From Bacillota bacterium (GTDB taxonomy: Bacteria; Bacillota; Negativicutes; CTSoil-072), in the NCBI GenBank assembly GCA_017889545.1, contig JAGFZV010000011.1, forward strand, positions 17,247-81,246: DNA of 64,000 bases, read 5' to 3'. The notes under the pieces were generated by a model that saw only the letters and a program-made list of their open reading frames with translations, was not told the DNA's origin and did not search any database. Shown here one piece after another: positions 30,313 through 39,501 of the stretch (its first letter is position 1; each line of letters begins with the position of its first letter). The translations under genes were made by a program, and so were the position numbers.

Positions 30313-31107
30313 TTATAACGGCAACGTCATGCCGTCATAAGCGATCATTACGCCCGAATGCCTGGAAGCAATTCCCTGCAATTCCTTGACGGTAATTGGC
30401 TGGCTATAATGAACCGAGAGGTGCGTAAGCACGGTATATTGCGCTTTGACCAACCTGCCAAGTTCAATCGCCTCTTCCACTGACATGTGACTCATTGGGA
30501 ACCAGTTGTCTCCATGGAACGTTGCGTCGCAGATAAGCCACTCAACTTTTTCCACTTTCTGCGCTGTTTCCGGAGGCAGTCCGGCAGTGTCGGGAAAATA
30601 GGCCAATTTTATATCCGGTGACTGTACCAGAAAACCTGCAGTCTCAATCCCGTGATTGGCAGCGAGCGGCGTGATCGACAATGGACCGACACTGTATACT
30701 TTGCCGACCTCCCACGGAATAACCTCAAATACTTCTTCCAAATCCGGAAAAGCCTGATGAAACTGTTCAACAGCGCTCGGCGGCAAATACAGCGGCAACG
30801 CTTCTTTCCGTTTCAGTTTCACATAGTACTCCAGTTCCCCGATGCCGCCGAAGTGGTCGTAATGCCAGTGCGTCAAAAAGATTTTGTCAATATCAGTAAT
30901 CTTTTCCCTAATCAGCTGAACTCGAAGATCCGGAGGCGTATCAATCAGGATCGTGCTATGTTCTGTACTGATCACTGCCCCGCTTCGCGTTCTAGAAAGC
31001 GATGGATTATCCTGCGCTTCCAGACAACCGCGACAATTACAGAAGAACGAGGGCGCTCCGGGTCCTGCCCCTGATCCTAGAATTTTAAAGGTCGTTTTAG
31101 CAGTCAT
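30313..31107 (-). CDS. MBL-fold metallohydrolase (PhnP-like)
   Basis: CNCRGC, LIDTPPD, THWHYDHFGG, SHM, THLS. Confidence 0.85.
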   Translation of the reverse strand: MTAKTTFKILGSGAGPGAPSFFCNCRGCLEAQDNPSLSRTRSGAVISTEHSTILIDTPPDLRVQLIREKITDIDKIFLTHWHYDHFGGIGELEYYVKLKRKEALPLYLPPSAVEQFHQAFPDLEEVFEVIPWEVGKVYSVGPLSITPLAANHGIETAGFLVQSPDIKLAYFPDTAGLPPETAQKVEKVEWLICDATFHGDNWFPMSHMSVEEAIELGRLVKAQYTVLTHLSVHYSQPITVKELQGIASRHSGVMIAYDGMTLPL

Positions 31108-31579
31108 TCGTTTTGCACCCCATGAACATCATTGCCGCCGGATTACAATTACTCCGGTCTGGGCAGTCATCACACTGTTGATCAAATGGATAGTCGAGCT
31201 GTGAAAAATCACAGACCGCAAACCCGTTTTTTTCATAAAATTTTGCACTTTCGCCTTTGGCGACCGTAGTGATCTTATAATCACCAGCAGTACTTCCTTC
31301 GCCATTCAGGCAATATTTCCAAGGCTGCTTTATCAATTCATTTAACAGGATCCTGCCAATACCGAGGCCGCGATCACCCTGCCGTACTGCGAATACCAGC
31401 AAATGATATCGATTTGTCCCGGTTTGCGCCAGCATTCCGCCACCCAAAATTTCATTGTCTTTCTTGATCACCGCATGTTCCGTTATATCGCCGGCAATGC
31501 CCATGTCGGTTTCTATTAGAACGGCTTGCAGCACCTCTTCATCATCCGGGCCTGCAAAAGTGATTTGATAGTCCATCAT
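31097..31579 (-). CDS. GNAT-family N-acetyltransferase
   Basis: RGLGIGRILL acetyl-CoA motif, FYEKNGF, C-terminal CDDC...C. Confidence 0.7.
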   Translation of the reverse strand: MMDYQITFAGPDDEEVLQAVLIETDMGIAGDITEHAVIKKDNEILGGGMLAQTGTNRYHLLVFAVRQGDRGLGIGRILLNELIKQPWKYCLNGEGSTAGDYKITTVAKGESAKFYEKNGFAVCDFSQLDYPFDQQCDDCPDRSNCNPAAMMFMGCKTNDC

Positions 31580-31597
31580 AGATTACCCCTAAAATTC

Positions 31598-32560
31598 TTA
31601 CGATTTATCTTGAAATAATTCTAGCTGGATTGCTTTTTGCGGGCACTGTCCGACGCAGGTATAGCAAGCGCAGCATTTTTCAGAAGCAATTGCCGCAGCT
31701 TTTGAAGTATTGTCTACCAGTTTCATTTCAATAACCGCTTCCGGGCAAAAAGCCTCGCACAACCCACAGCCATCGCAACGGTCTTCATTAATCCGCACCT
31801 TGACGGAACACGTTCCCGCCTGGTCAGAAGAAATCCCGCGGTCAATCACCGGCGGCATGTAAATTTTCTTTCGCGCTTCCGGAATACTCTTGACTGACAA
31901 TTTTTCCAGCGATTCTGCCAACGACTGCAACTGATTAAATGGGACGGAAAGATAAGCTTCAAAATCATTAATATCACTTATAGCCCTGGCGCCATAACAG
32001 CCAAACGATATGTTCATTTTTTGACTTTTCATGACCTGCACCGTCAAATCCGCGCAAGTCGAATTGTAGCCGGAGGTATGGAATACATGCCGTTCGCCGC
32101 TGCCATAACTGGAAGCGCAGCAAAGCCACATGATCTGTTCCGGATAAATCGTGAAAATAACCACATCCGGTTCGAAAGTCGCATCCTCCAACGGGGCAAC
32201 AACCGAAGCCCTGTATTCTCCCGCTTCGAATTCCGGTCGGGACGCAATCATTTTTTGCGCGCACTCAATATTGGGCAGTTTTTTAAATAAAAGATATAAT
32301 TCTCCTGACCGTAATTTAGGCGACATGGGAACCAATCCCATAATCGCCGAACCATCCGGGCAGGCGTGCTTGCTAGGCGGCATATAGAGGCTGTTTCCGC
32401 GCCGGGCAACCGTAATTGCCTGACAGTGCCGAAGCGGAACAGACGGCTCCGAGATATTATCCGGAATAGGCTCATCCGGCTTCAACAGCTTTACAGCGAC
32501 AGGCGACCAACGTAGTGTCAACATATTTTTAAATGCTTCAGCAAGTTCTTTGTTGTTCAA
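31598..32560 (-). CDS. DUF169 protein fused to a 4Fe-4S ferredoxin domain
   Basis: SPVAVKL, RHCQ, HACPDG, SFGCYGAR; CDGCGLCEAFCP and CCACYTCVGQCP; probable TTG start. Confidence 0.78.
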   Translation of the reverse strand: MNNKELAEAFKNMLTLRWSPVAVKLLKPDEPIPDNISEPSVPLRHCQAITVARRGNSLYMPPSKHACPDGSAIMGLVPMSPKLRSGELYLLFKKLPNIECAQKMIASRPEFEAGEYRASVVAPLEDATFEPDVVIFTIYPEQIMWLCCASSYGSGERHVFHTSGYNSTCADLTVQVMKSQKMNISFGCYGARAISDINDFEAYLSVPFNQLQSLAESLEKLSVKSIPEARKKIYMPPVIDRGISSDQAGTCSVKVRINEDRCDGCGLCEAFCPEAVIEMKLVDNTSKAAAIASEKCCACYTCVGQCPQKAIQLELFQDKS

Positions 32561-32574
32561 AATTCTTCGTCCTT

Positions 32575-33678
32575 TCAATCTGCCATAATTTCTTCCCAGC
32601 GTTTTTCTCCGTCCGAACCGCTGAACATCTTTTCCAGGCGATCCTTGCCGCCCTTATAGTCTTCCTTCAATCCCAGCAGCAAATTCAACGCATGAGTCAC
32701 TGGAATTTCAGATGGATAATTATCATATTTCAAGACGCAGCTGAGGCAGTATCCAACAAGCACATCCGCGTTTGCCAGACGGACTTCTTGCTGTCGCAAA
32801 TCAACCAGCTCCTCGACCAGATCAGGACGAAAATGCGATAATTGTCCGCCACTTCCACAGCAAATCGTATTCGTCTTAGCATGGACCATCTCTACCAGCG
32901 GGAAACCGCACTCTGTCATTGCATGCCGTACTTGGTTCCCGAATACCCCCGCAAAACGGTCCGGGCAAGAATCATGAACCGTATATTGTTTCTTCTCAAC
33001 TTTTTCTTGTTTTACAAAGTCCAGTACTTCATAAACGGTTTGAACAACTACGTCGCAGTCTTGGAATACATCCCGCAATTCATAGTAGCATCCCGGGCAA
33101 GCCACAATGATCCGTTTTATATTGTGTTCCTGTATAAATTCTTTAAGCCGGTTGCGCAGATCTTCCAGCCGTTGCTGCACGCCAATCTGATCCAGCAGCT
33201 TTCCGCAGCACTCTGTCCATACGCCCTTGCATCCGCAACGATCTTTTAACCGTTCATAAATTGATCGCGTCAATTCCGGCGAATAGGTCATCAACGTGCA
33301 ACCCGGAAAAAAACAGGTTTCTGCATTGTCAAAGGAATTAATGTCGCTGTAATCAATGCCGTAATAATTGCGGTAAGCACTCATGACATTTTTTTTACGG
33401 TCAGGCAATAGATACCGGTACTCGGCACTGTCAATCTCGCCGCTGCTGACGGCTTGTTGCCGCCGGGCCAGAAACAGTTGTTTCGGACTCAACCCTTTAG
33501 GGCAGGCAGTTTCGCACGCTCCACATAAAGAGCAGCTTAACGCCTCATATAGCTCAATCCCTCGTTTTGCCATTTCCAGCGGAGATTGGCCGCTTTCTGA
33601 CAAAAGCGAACAGCAATCGGCACATTGCTTGCATTCCACACATTCTTCCAAGAGTTCTTTTCGATCATCGTGTTCCAT
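32575..33678 (-). CDS. (Fe-S)-binding CCG-domain protein (GlcF/HdrD-like)
   Basis: CVECKQCADCC, CSLCGACETACP, FFPGC, CCG, CPGC, HDSC, CCGSGG. Confidence 0.85.
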   Translation of the reverse strand: MEHDDRKELLEECVECKQCADCCSLLSESGQSPLEMAKRGIELYEALSCSLCGACETACPKGLSPKQLFLARRQQAVSSGEIDSAEYRYLLPDRKKNVMSAYRNYYGIDYSDINSFDNAETCFFPGCTLMTYSPELTRSIYERLKDRCGCKGVWTECCGKLLDQIGVQQRLEDLRNRLKEFIQEHNIKRIIVACPGCYYELRDVFQDCDVVVQTVYEVLDFVKQEKVEKKQYTVHDSCPDRFAGVFGNQVRHAMTECGFPLVEMVHAKTNTICCGSGGQLSHFRPDLVEELVDLRQQEVRLANADVLVGYCLSCVLKYDNYPSEIPVTHALNLLLGLKEDYKGGKDRLEKMFSGSDGEKRWEEIMAD

Positions 33679-33716
33679 TGTTATTCGTCTTTTCCTTTGA
33701 TGTTTTCTTTTCAGGT

Positions 33717-34547
33717 CTACCTCTGCGGCGGTGTCGTGCAACTTTCTAATCCAATTTTTTCCATTATTTCAATGGTATTGATGGGAACCATAACGCTGTC
33801 GTCATAATTGGCAGACAGCTGCAGAGCTTTCAGTACCGGGATCATGCTCGCCAGATCAATGGGAATATCCACATCCGGCGCCATTGCAACTGTAGCCAGC
33901 GGGATATTCTTATCTTTCGCTTTGGCTACCAGCATATCCAAAGCGGTGATTCCGTCCATATTATAGAATACTTTATGGAAATCAAACGGCGTCTCGCAAG
34001 TGAAACCAATGATCGAAAAACCGCCTTCCTGACAAGCGCCTTCAACAATCGCCGCTCCGATTGGCACATCGGACTGTGCCGTCTTGGTTGCGACTGCCAG
34101 GCCTGCCTCGCTGCGAGCCAGTTTTGCCATTTTTGCGTAGGCGCCCTGCAGCATTTCCGGCTGCAGACTCGGAATATCGCCGCCAACAATCATCACACTG
34201 TCGGCAATCCGGTCCGCTGCTCCGTTTTTCAGAACATAATCGGCCGCATACTGTATGCAGTCATCAAAGCTTCCGCCTTTGTCCGCAAAGGTTCCGCGTA
34301 TCTGCGCCCTGTCAGCAGTTCTAGTTAAGAAACTTTCCAGATACTCACTGTCGCCATCCTGATTATAACAAATCCATACGTCGCCGCTTTTCGCAGCAGT
34401 ACATACGTTAATTACATCTAATACGCATCCTTCATAGAAGGCTAAGGCTTCTTCATCTGTCATGATCCCGCCTTTTTCTGTCGTCAGGCGTGTTTTCGTC
34501 TTACCCAATTTTGGCACTTTCGAAAAAACAACGATTGCATTTCGCAT
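33717..34547 (-). CDS. DUF2064/TIGR04282-like nucleotidyltransferase, copy 1
   Basis: FSKVPKLGKTKTRL, IVGGDIP, DVDIPIDL; colinear with 23822-24652, both 276 aa. Confidence 0.75.
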   Translation of the reverse strand: MRNAIVVFSKVPKLGKTKTRLTTEKGGIMTDEEALAFYEGCVLDVINVCTAAKSGDVWICYNQDGDSEYLESFLTRTADRAQIRGTFADKGGSFDDCIQYAADYVLKNGAADRIADSVMIVGGDIPSLQPEMLQGAYAKMAKLARSEAGLAVATKTAQSDVPIGAAIVEGACQEGGFSIIGFTCETPFDFHKVFYNMDGITALDMLVAKAKDKNIPLATVAMAPDVDIPIDLASMIPVLKALQLSANYDDSVMVPINTIEIMEKIGLESCTTPPQR

Positions 34548-34625
34548 ATATTTACTCTCTCCTTATAAATGAACCTTCAAACAAATCTATTCTTCATATC
34601 ACATTCATCTGCACAATAATAGATA

Positions 34626-34642
34626 TGCAAGCTCCGTGCCAA
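34626..34642 (-). promoter_or_regulatory. sigma54 -24/-12 promoter
   Basis: TTGGCACGGAGCTTGCA. Confidence 0.88.
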
Positions 34643-34757
34643 GAAATTCGCCGACAGCAAAAACGCATTGTTCCCTGTCGTAGAGCGATCCTTTTCATCG
34701 TATATGAATGCACTTCAAAAAATCCTTTTTCTTTTTTGGGAATTCTTCGTTTTCAGC

Positions 34758-34772
34758 GTTTCATTTTGACAC
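34758..34772. promoter_or_regulatory. Putative UAS
   Basis: Reverse complement is GTGTCAAAATGAAAC, 14/15 identical to the 19607/22181 core. Confidence 0.65.
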
Positions 34773-34818
34773 AGCCCAGGCAAACAGCAATTTATACTTC
34801 ATTCGATTAAAATCATTG

Positions 34819-35565
34819 CTATGCGGAAATTTCGTGGTAAATTTCCCGACGAAGGCGGATGAATTGTTCATCCGTCTGACACTTGTTCACATTGTCAGGA
34901 ATAATAAATTCTTTTTTGATTTTGCCGGGACGCGGCGACATGACGATCACTCGCGTTCCGAGGTAGATGGCTTCTTCAATATCGTGGGTAACCATAATCA
35001 TTGTTGTCTTTTCTTTTTTCCAAATATGCAATATTTCTTTTTGCATATTGAGACGCGTCAATGCATCCAAGGCTCCGAGCGGTTCATCCAAGAGAAGAAT
35101 TTCCGGCTGATTAACCAAGGCGCGGGCGATGGAAACGCGCTGCGCCATTCCGCCGGATAGTTGGTTGGGGTAATATTTTTCCGTACCAGACAATTCAACA
35201 AGCGCCAAATATTTTTCAATCAATTCTTTTTTTTGCGCTTTGGTATGGTTGTTTAACGCAAATTCAATATTTTCCGCAACTGTCAGCCATGGCAGAAGCC
35301 GGTGTTCCTGGAATACGATCCCACAGTGCAAGCCCGGAGCGGTCACTTTTCTGCCATTGACATATACATTGCCGCTATGTTCGCTATCTAAGCCACAGAT
35401 AATGCGCAGAAGGGTGCTTTTCCCACAGCCGCTTGCCCCCACAACGCTTACAAATTCGTCTTTGGCCACAGAAAGATCTAGCTCCTGCAGCGCTGTTACA
35501 TGATGTTTTTTTACCGTATAGGTTTTGCTGACTTTTTCGATCCGCAAATATGCTTTATCACTCAT
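34819..35565 (-). CDS. ABC transporter ATP-binding protein (SsuB/TauB-like)
   Basis: GASGCGKST, LSGGMAQR, LLDEP; start at ATG 35565. Confidence 0.92.
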   Translation of the reverse strand: MSDKAYLRIEKVSKTYTVKKHHVTALQELDLSVAKDEFVSVVGASGCGKSTLLRIICGLDSEHSGNVYVNGRKVTAPGLHCGIVFQEHRLLPWLTVAENIEFALNNHTKAQKKELIEKYLALVELSGTEKYYPNQLSGGMAQRVSIARALVNQPEILLLDEPLGALDALTRLNMQKEILHIWKKEKTTMIMVTHDIEEAIYLGTRVIVMSPRPGKIKKEFIIPDNVNKCQTDEQFIRLRREIYHEISA

Positions 35566-36358
35566 TGCCGGTATAGAACTCCTTTCCCTTAATAATTCTT
35601 TCTTCCAGCAACAGCAGTAAACTGTCCATGCCTTTCCCGATAACACCGATCGCCAGCATACCGACAATAATCCGATCGGTTTGGATCATCGCTCTTGCAT
35701 CAGTCAGCATGTAACCAATCCCTTGCATGCCGGCGGATAATTCGGCCGCGACAACACACATCCAAGCATAGCCCAGGCCTGTACGCAGTCCGGTCACAAT
35801 GAAGGGCAGCGTTCCCGGCACAACGACTTTCATAATAAATTTTCGCTGAGGAATTTGCAGGGCCTTAGCCAGTTCAACAAATTTATTTTCGGTCTGACGT
35901 ATCCCGCCTAACACATTTGTAAAGATCGGAAAAAACGAACCCAAGACAATAATAAACACTTTCGATCCTTCTTCGATTCCAAACCAAAGGATTGCCAACG
36001 GTATCCAGGCAATCGGCGGAACTGGGCGCAATAATTGAATTGTCATATTCAACAGCGAAAAAATGCGTGTGAAAATGCCCATAGCGCTGGCTAATACCAG
36101 CGCTAATGCAGACGCAATGAAAAAGCCTTCAATTACTCGAATAAAACTGATTTCCAGATGTCTGACCAATTCCCCGCTTTTCAGCATCTCTGCCGCTGCG
36201 CCCAAAATGCTGGCCGGCGAAGGCATCAGTATTGGATTGGCAATTCCTGCAACTGAAATTGCCTGCCATATTGCCAATACCACAAACGGGAAAATAATTC
36301 CTTGCTTTTCGTCATCCGCTTTAAGCCAGCACCGATTTTTGTTTTTTTCCTCTCCCAT
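35558..36358 (-). CDS. ABC transporter permease (SsuC/TauC-like)
   Basis: LRPVPPIAWIPLAILWFG, VVAAEL. Confidence 0.92.
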   Translation of the reverse strand: MGEEKNKNRCWLKADDEKQGIIFPFVVLAIWQAISVAGIANPILMPSPASILGAAAEMLKSGELVRHLEISFIRVIEGFFIASALALVLASAMGIFTRIFSLLNMTIQLLRPVPPIAWIPLAILWFGIEEGSKVFIIVLGSFFPIFTNVLGGIRQTENKFVELAKALQIPQRKFIMKVVVPGTLPFIVTGLRTGLGYAWMCVVAAELSAGMQGIGYMLTDARAMIQTDRIIVGMLAIGVIGKGMDSLLLLLEERIIKGKEFYTGNE

Positions 36359-36418
36359 TCCTTACTCCCATTCTGCCATCCTGCATTATCAGCAACGCAC
36401 GGAAACATTCTTATGATA

Positions 36419-37390
36419 TTAATTTTGCCGGATAAACGTTTTGATGTCCACCGGATTTTTCGTAATGCCGTTTTTGCTCAAAAAAACCTCTTGCCCTTTC
36501 AGATCCGTTAGAACTTTCTCGTCAATCGGCATCGGCTGGTATTTGGAGATCATTTTCTTCAGCTGCGGTTCAGGAATTTTAAACTCGACCGTTAACATCT
36601 TCAAACACTCGTCCATATTTTGTTTCATGAACTCGTTGCCGCGGTTAAATGCTTTTTGTACGGCGGCTGCCGCTGCCGGATTGTTTCGCAAAAAGTCATC
36701 CCCAGCCAGTAAAACATTGTAATTCGGACAAAAAGCTCCATCCATAATCAATTTCATTCCACTGTCTTCTAGACGAGTAACCGAAGGTTCCCAAATTACT
36801 GCAGCGTCAATGTCCCCTTTGATCAACGCTTGACTCAGATCGGCCGCTGACATATTGATGAAAATAATATCGTTGAGGGTCATTTCTTCTCTTTCTAATA
36901 AAGCCGCCAAAAGTTCATGCCCGGACGTATTTTTCGTAGCCGCTACCTTTTTCCCTTTCAAATCAGCCACGTTTTGAATTCCTGATTTAGGATTCGTCAG
37001 CAGAGCTTGCGATTTTGCCATGTCCGAAACCGATACAATCGTGTACTTGATACCGGAAGATCGACCGACAAAAGCCGGCAAATCACCCATGACACCCATA
37101 TCGATTTCTCCAGCAGCAAAGGACTCACTGACCACCGGCCCCAAATTGATCGGTTTCCAGGCCAGTTGGTAACCTGCCTTGTTCAGTTCCTCTGTAAGGA
37201 AGCCTTTTTTGTAAGCGACCCACATATGAGAATAAAACGGCAACGGAACCATACCGATCCTTACGGTTTTTGCCGCTCCGGCACTTTCACCCGGTTTCGC
37301 ACTTTTCTCCTTTGCCCCGCCGCAGCCCCCGGCAAACAGAGCAGACAGGATCATCATCATGGTGATGACCAGCGTTAAAAATTTCTTCAT
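36419..37390 (-). CDS. ABC substrate-binding lipoprotein (SsuA/TauA-like)
   Basis: Lipobox AGGC, VADLKGKKVA, IDAAVIWEP. Confidence 0.88.
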   Translation of the reverse strand: MKKFLTLVITMMMILSALFAGGCGGAKEKSAKPGESAGAAKTVRIGMVPLPFYSHMWVAYKKGFLTEELNKAGYQLAWKPINLGPVVSESFAAGEIDMGVMGDLPAFVGRSSGIKYTIVSVSDMAKSQALLTNPKSGIQNVADLKGKKVAATKNTSGHELLAALLEREEMTLNDIIFINMSAADLSQALIKGDIDAAVIWEPSVTRLEDSGMKLIMDGAFCPNYNVLLAGDDFLRNNPAAAAAVQKAFNRGNEFMKQNMDECLKMLTVEFKIPEPQLKKMISKYQPMPIDEKVLTDLKGQEVFLSKNGITKNPVDIKTFIRQN

Positions 37391-37428
37391 TCTTTCCGTT
37401 TCCCTTCAATCCACTGATTTAGAACCGC

Positions 37429-38379
37429 CTAATCTAAACTGCCCTGGCAGCTGCTTCCGGCGCCGGCTGTACAGCAGTAACAATGGTCATCTACTAAGAC
37501 TTCACACAATAATTCCTCCGGCGTCATTTCCGCAATAGTTTTTACTCCGCCGACGCGCATCCCCAGCACTTGGTTGAAATCACAGTCATAGATAGCGCCG
37601 TCCCAGCCGATATTGACCTGCCCTACACACATCACTTTTGATAAATTGTCTTTGTTATAATTGTCAGTAAGCAGCTTCATATAAGCATCCAACTCGCCGC
37701 TGACCTGCAAATCTTGTTTAAAGCGCCCGCACGGTGCATTGGTGATCGTAAAAAGATGATTAAAATCGATGCCGTGCTGGTTCTTCAACTGCTCTTTGTA
37801 TGCCGCTTGCAGTTCAGCCTGCGGCCCCGGCAAAAACGCTCCGCCCGGATTATAGACAAGATCCAACGCCAGATTGGATCCGTCCTGCCCGTAGCCCACA
37901 CGGTTCAACAGTTTCAGAACATCAATGTTATTGTCAAAAACACCTTCGCCTCTTTGCGCATCAACATTTTCTTCCCCGTAGCAAGGCAGCGATCCGACAA
38001 GTTCAACCTGGTTGGTTTTGAAAAGGTCAATAAAGTGCTTATATTTTTCTGTTCCTAACATCGTCATGTTCGTTCGAACCAGAATGCGGTTCACCGTAGC
38101 AATCTTCCGAAGCTCTTGAATCAGCATAGGAAGATGCGGATTCATTTCCGGCGAGCCGCCGGTAATATCAACGGTGGAGGCCCCTGCCGCTTTAATAAAC
38201 TTCAGACAGTCCCTTACCGTTTCGAGACTCATTTGTTCCGTGCGGTTCGGACCGGCTTGCACATGGCAATGTTTGCACTCTAAATTGCAGACATATCCAA
38301 CGTTGATCTGCACGATATCAATTGTATTCCTAAAAAGTTTGTCGCCGGTTTTTTTGATCTTGTCGCCAAATGATTCCAT
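37429..38379 (-). CDS. arsS: ArsS-like (TIGR04167/DUF3641) radical SAM protein
   Basis: QINVGYVCNLECKHCH, DITGGSPE, SLPCY, YDCDFN, C-terminal HCYCCTAGAGSSC. Confidence 0.8.
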   Translation of the reverse strand: MESFGDKIKKTGDKLFRNTIDIVQINVGYVCNLECKHCHVQAGPNRTEQMSLETVRDCLKFIKAAGASTVDITGGSPEMNPHLPMLIQELRKIATVNRILVRTNMTMLGTEKYKHFIDLFKTNQVELVGSLPCYGEENVDAQRGEGVFDNNIDVLKLLNRVGYGQDGSNLALDLVYNPGGAFLPGPQAELQAAYKEQLKNQHGIDFNHLFTITNAPCGRFKQDLQVSGELDAYMKLLTDNYNKDNLSKVMCVGQVNIGWDGAIYDCDFNQVLGMRVGGVKTIAEMTPEELLCEVLVDDHCYCCTAGAGSSCQGSLD

Positions 38380-38440
38380 GGATGCTTTCCTCCTGTTGCT
38401 CTTATTTGAACAAAATTATAATACGTTCGGTATTGATCCT

Positions 38441-38501
38441 ATTGTATAACGAAAGCCTATCGATTGCAAGGCTTTTTTGCTTTGCAATCGATAGGCTTTC
38501 G
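38441..38501 (-). promoter_or_regulatory. sigmaA promoter overlapped by an inverted-repeat operator
   Basis: TTGCAA-N17-TACAAT (38469 to 38441); 20-bp perfect IR 38450-38469/38482-38501 with core GATTGCAA-N12-TTGCAATC. Confidence 0.8.
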
Positions 38502-38524
38502 AATTCAGCGAACGTGAATATATT

Positions 38525-39328
38525 TTAAAATTTGCTTTTCACCAATTTTTCTTCCGGAAGAGAAAATTTAAAATCCGGCTCGTGTTTTCGCAATTCTCTC
38601 GCTTCATCGCCAATCACAACTTCAAACCAGACGCCTTCCACCCTGCGCCCCGAAAACGCAGGACCAAAGCGAACAAAGATCGAATCGTCCCAAGAATAGA
38701 TTTCTTCCAATGAAGGTTCTAAAACACGAAGCTTTAGCTGCCCATAAGAATACCGGGTATTCTCCAGAGACAATTGCCGCATTAGTTCCGGGATAGAAAG
38801 TTCGGTTAGACCCTTCGATCTCCATGGCCAAATGATATTAAAAACAGCTAACGTATGCTTGCCTTTATATTGCAATTGCTTCGCCAGCTGGTATTCGGCA
38901 GCATTCGGAGCAAAATAGGCCAGCAAAGGCAGCATTTTCTCAGCAAACTGAAATGTGATTGTCTTTTCATCGTACTCGATTGCCTGAAACCACAAGGTAC
39001 GTGTCAATTTTTTATTCATCTCATCGTATAATGAAACGCCTTTTTTCAATACCTTTGCGATTTCATTTGTCAGATGGAAATAGATATCTTCCTGGCGGAA
39101 ATCACAAATCGTTAAAAAATCGCCGATTGCCATCGTGTATTCTGTTCTATTGCACTCAAGTTGGTCTACCTTATGTCGTAAAGAGATTGCCGCAGTAATC
39201 ATTTTCTGCTGCAACTCCGTCAGCGGATCCCGCCTGCCGATAAACCCATCCAACCGTATGATCTGATTTGGTTTCACCGTCAATTCTTCCGGTTTAAGAG
39301 CCGCAGCGACTAACTTCTCAAAATCCAT
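38525..39328 (-). CDS. Rep_3 family (plasmid RepB/RepE-like) winged-helix initiator homolog
   Basis: LTELQQKM, WFQAIEY...FQF...LL, LSIPELMRQL, YGQLKLRVLEPSLEEI, GRRVEGVWFEV; RBS gaggtg; start at ATG 39328. Confidence 0.72.
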   Translation of the reverse strand: MDFEKLVAAALKPEELTVKPNQIIRLDGFIGRRDPLTELQQKMITAAISLRHKVDQLECNRTEYTMAIGDFLTICDFRQEDIYFHLTNEIAKVLKKGVSLYDEMNKKLTRTLWFQAIEYDEKTITFQFAEKMLPLLAYFAPNAAEYQLAKQLQYKGKHTLAVFNIIWPWRSKGLTELSIPELMRQLSLENTRYSYGQLKLRVLEPSLEEIYSWDDSIFVRFGPAFSGRRVEGVWFEVVIGDEARELRKHEPDFKFSLPEEKLVKSKF

Positions 39329-39347
39329 GGAGTTCACCTCATGAAAC

Positions 39348-39396
39348 ATTGTACAGTGTGCTTCTATTGATTGCAAGCAAAATCTAATTTGCAATC
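39348..39396 (-). promoter_or_regulatory. Second copy of the promoter/operator module
   Basis: TTGCAA-N17-TACAAT (39376 to 39348); GATTGCAA(39369-76)-N12-TTGCAATC(39389-96). Confidence 0.8.
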
Positions 39397-39409
39397 GCGA
39401 TAGAAACAC

Positions 39410-39444
39410 AAACTGCACTGAGAATACACTTCCCAGTGCAGTTT
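39410..39444 (-). terminator. Terminator of the MFS gene
   Basis: aaactgcactg-N13-cagtgcagttt, 11-bp IR followed by a U-rich tract on the minus strand. Confidence 0.65.
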
Positions 39445-39501
39445 AAAGCCGTCTTTCACGTTAACGTAACGCAATTGAATGAATATCCATGGATCAGGTT
39501 T

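Noticed and set aside
33717-38379. Complete arsenosugar biosynthesis cluster
   Set aside because: No arsM, no GT2 (TIGR04283-type) gene and no arsenic resistance genes in the window
38525-39418. Integrated plasmid or prophage around the Rep_3 gene
   Set aside because: No iterons, integrase, att-like repeats, partition or transfer genes; flanking genes are metabolic
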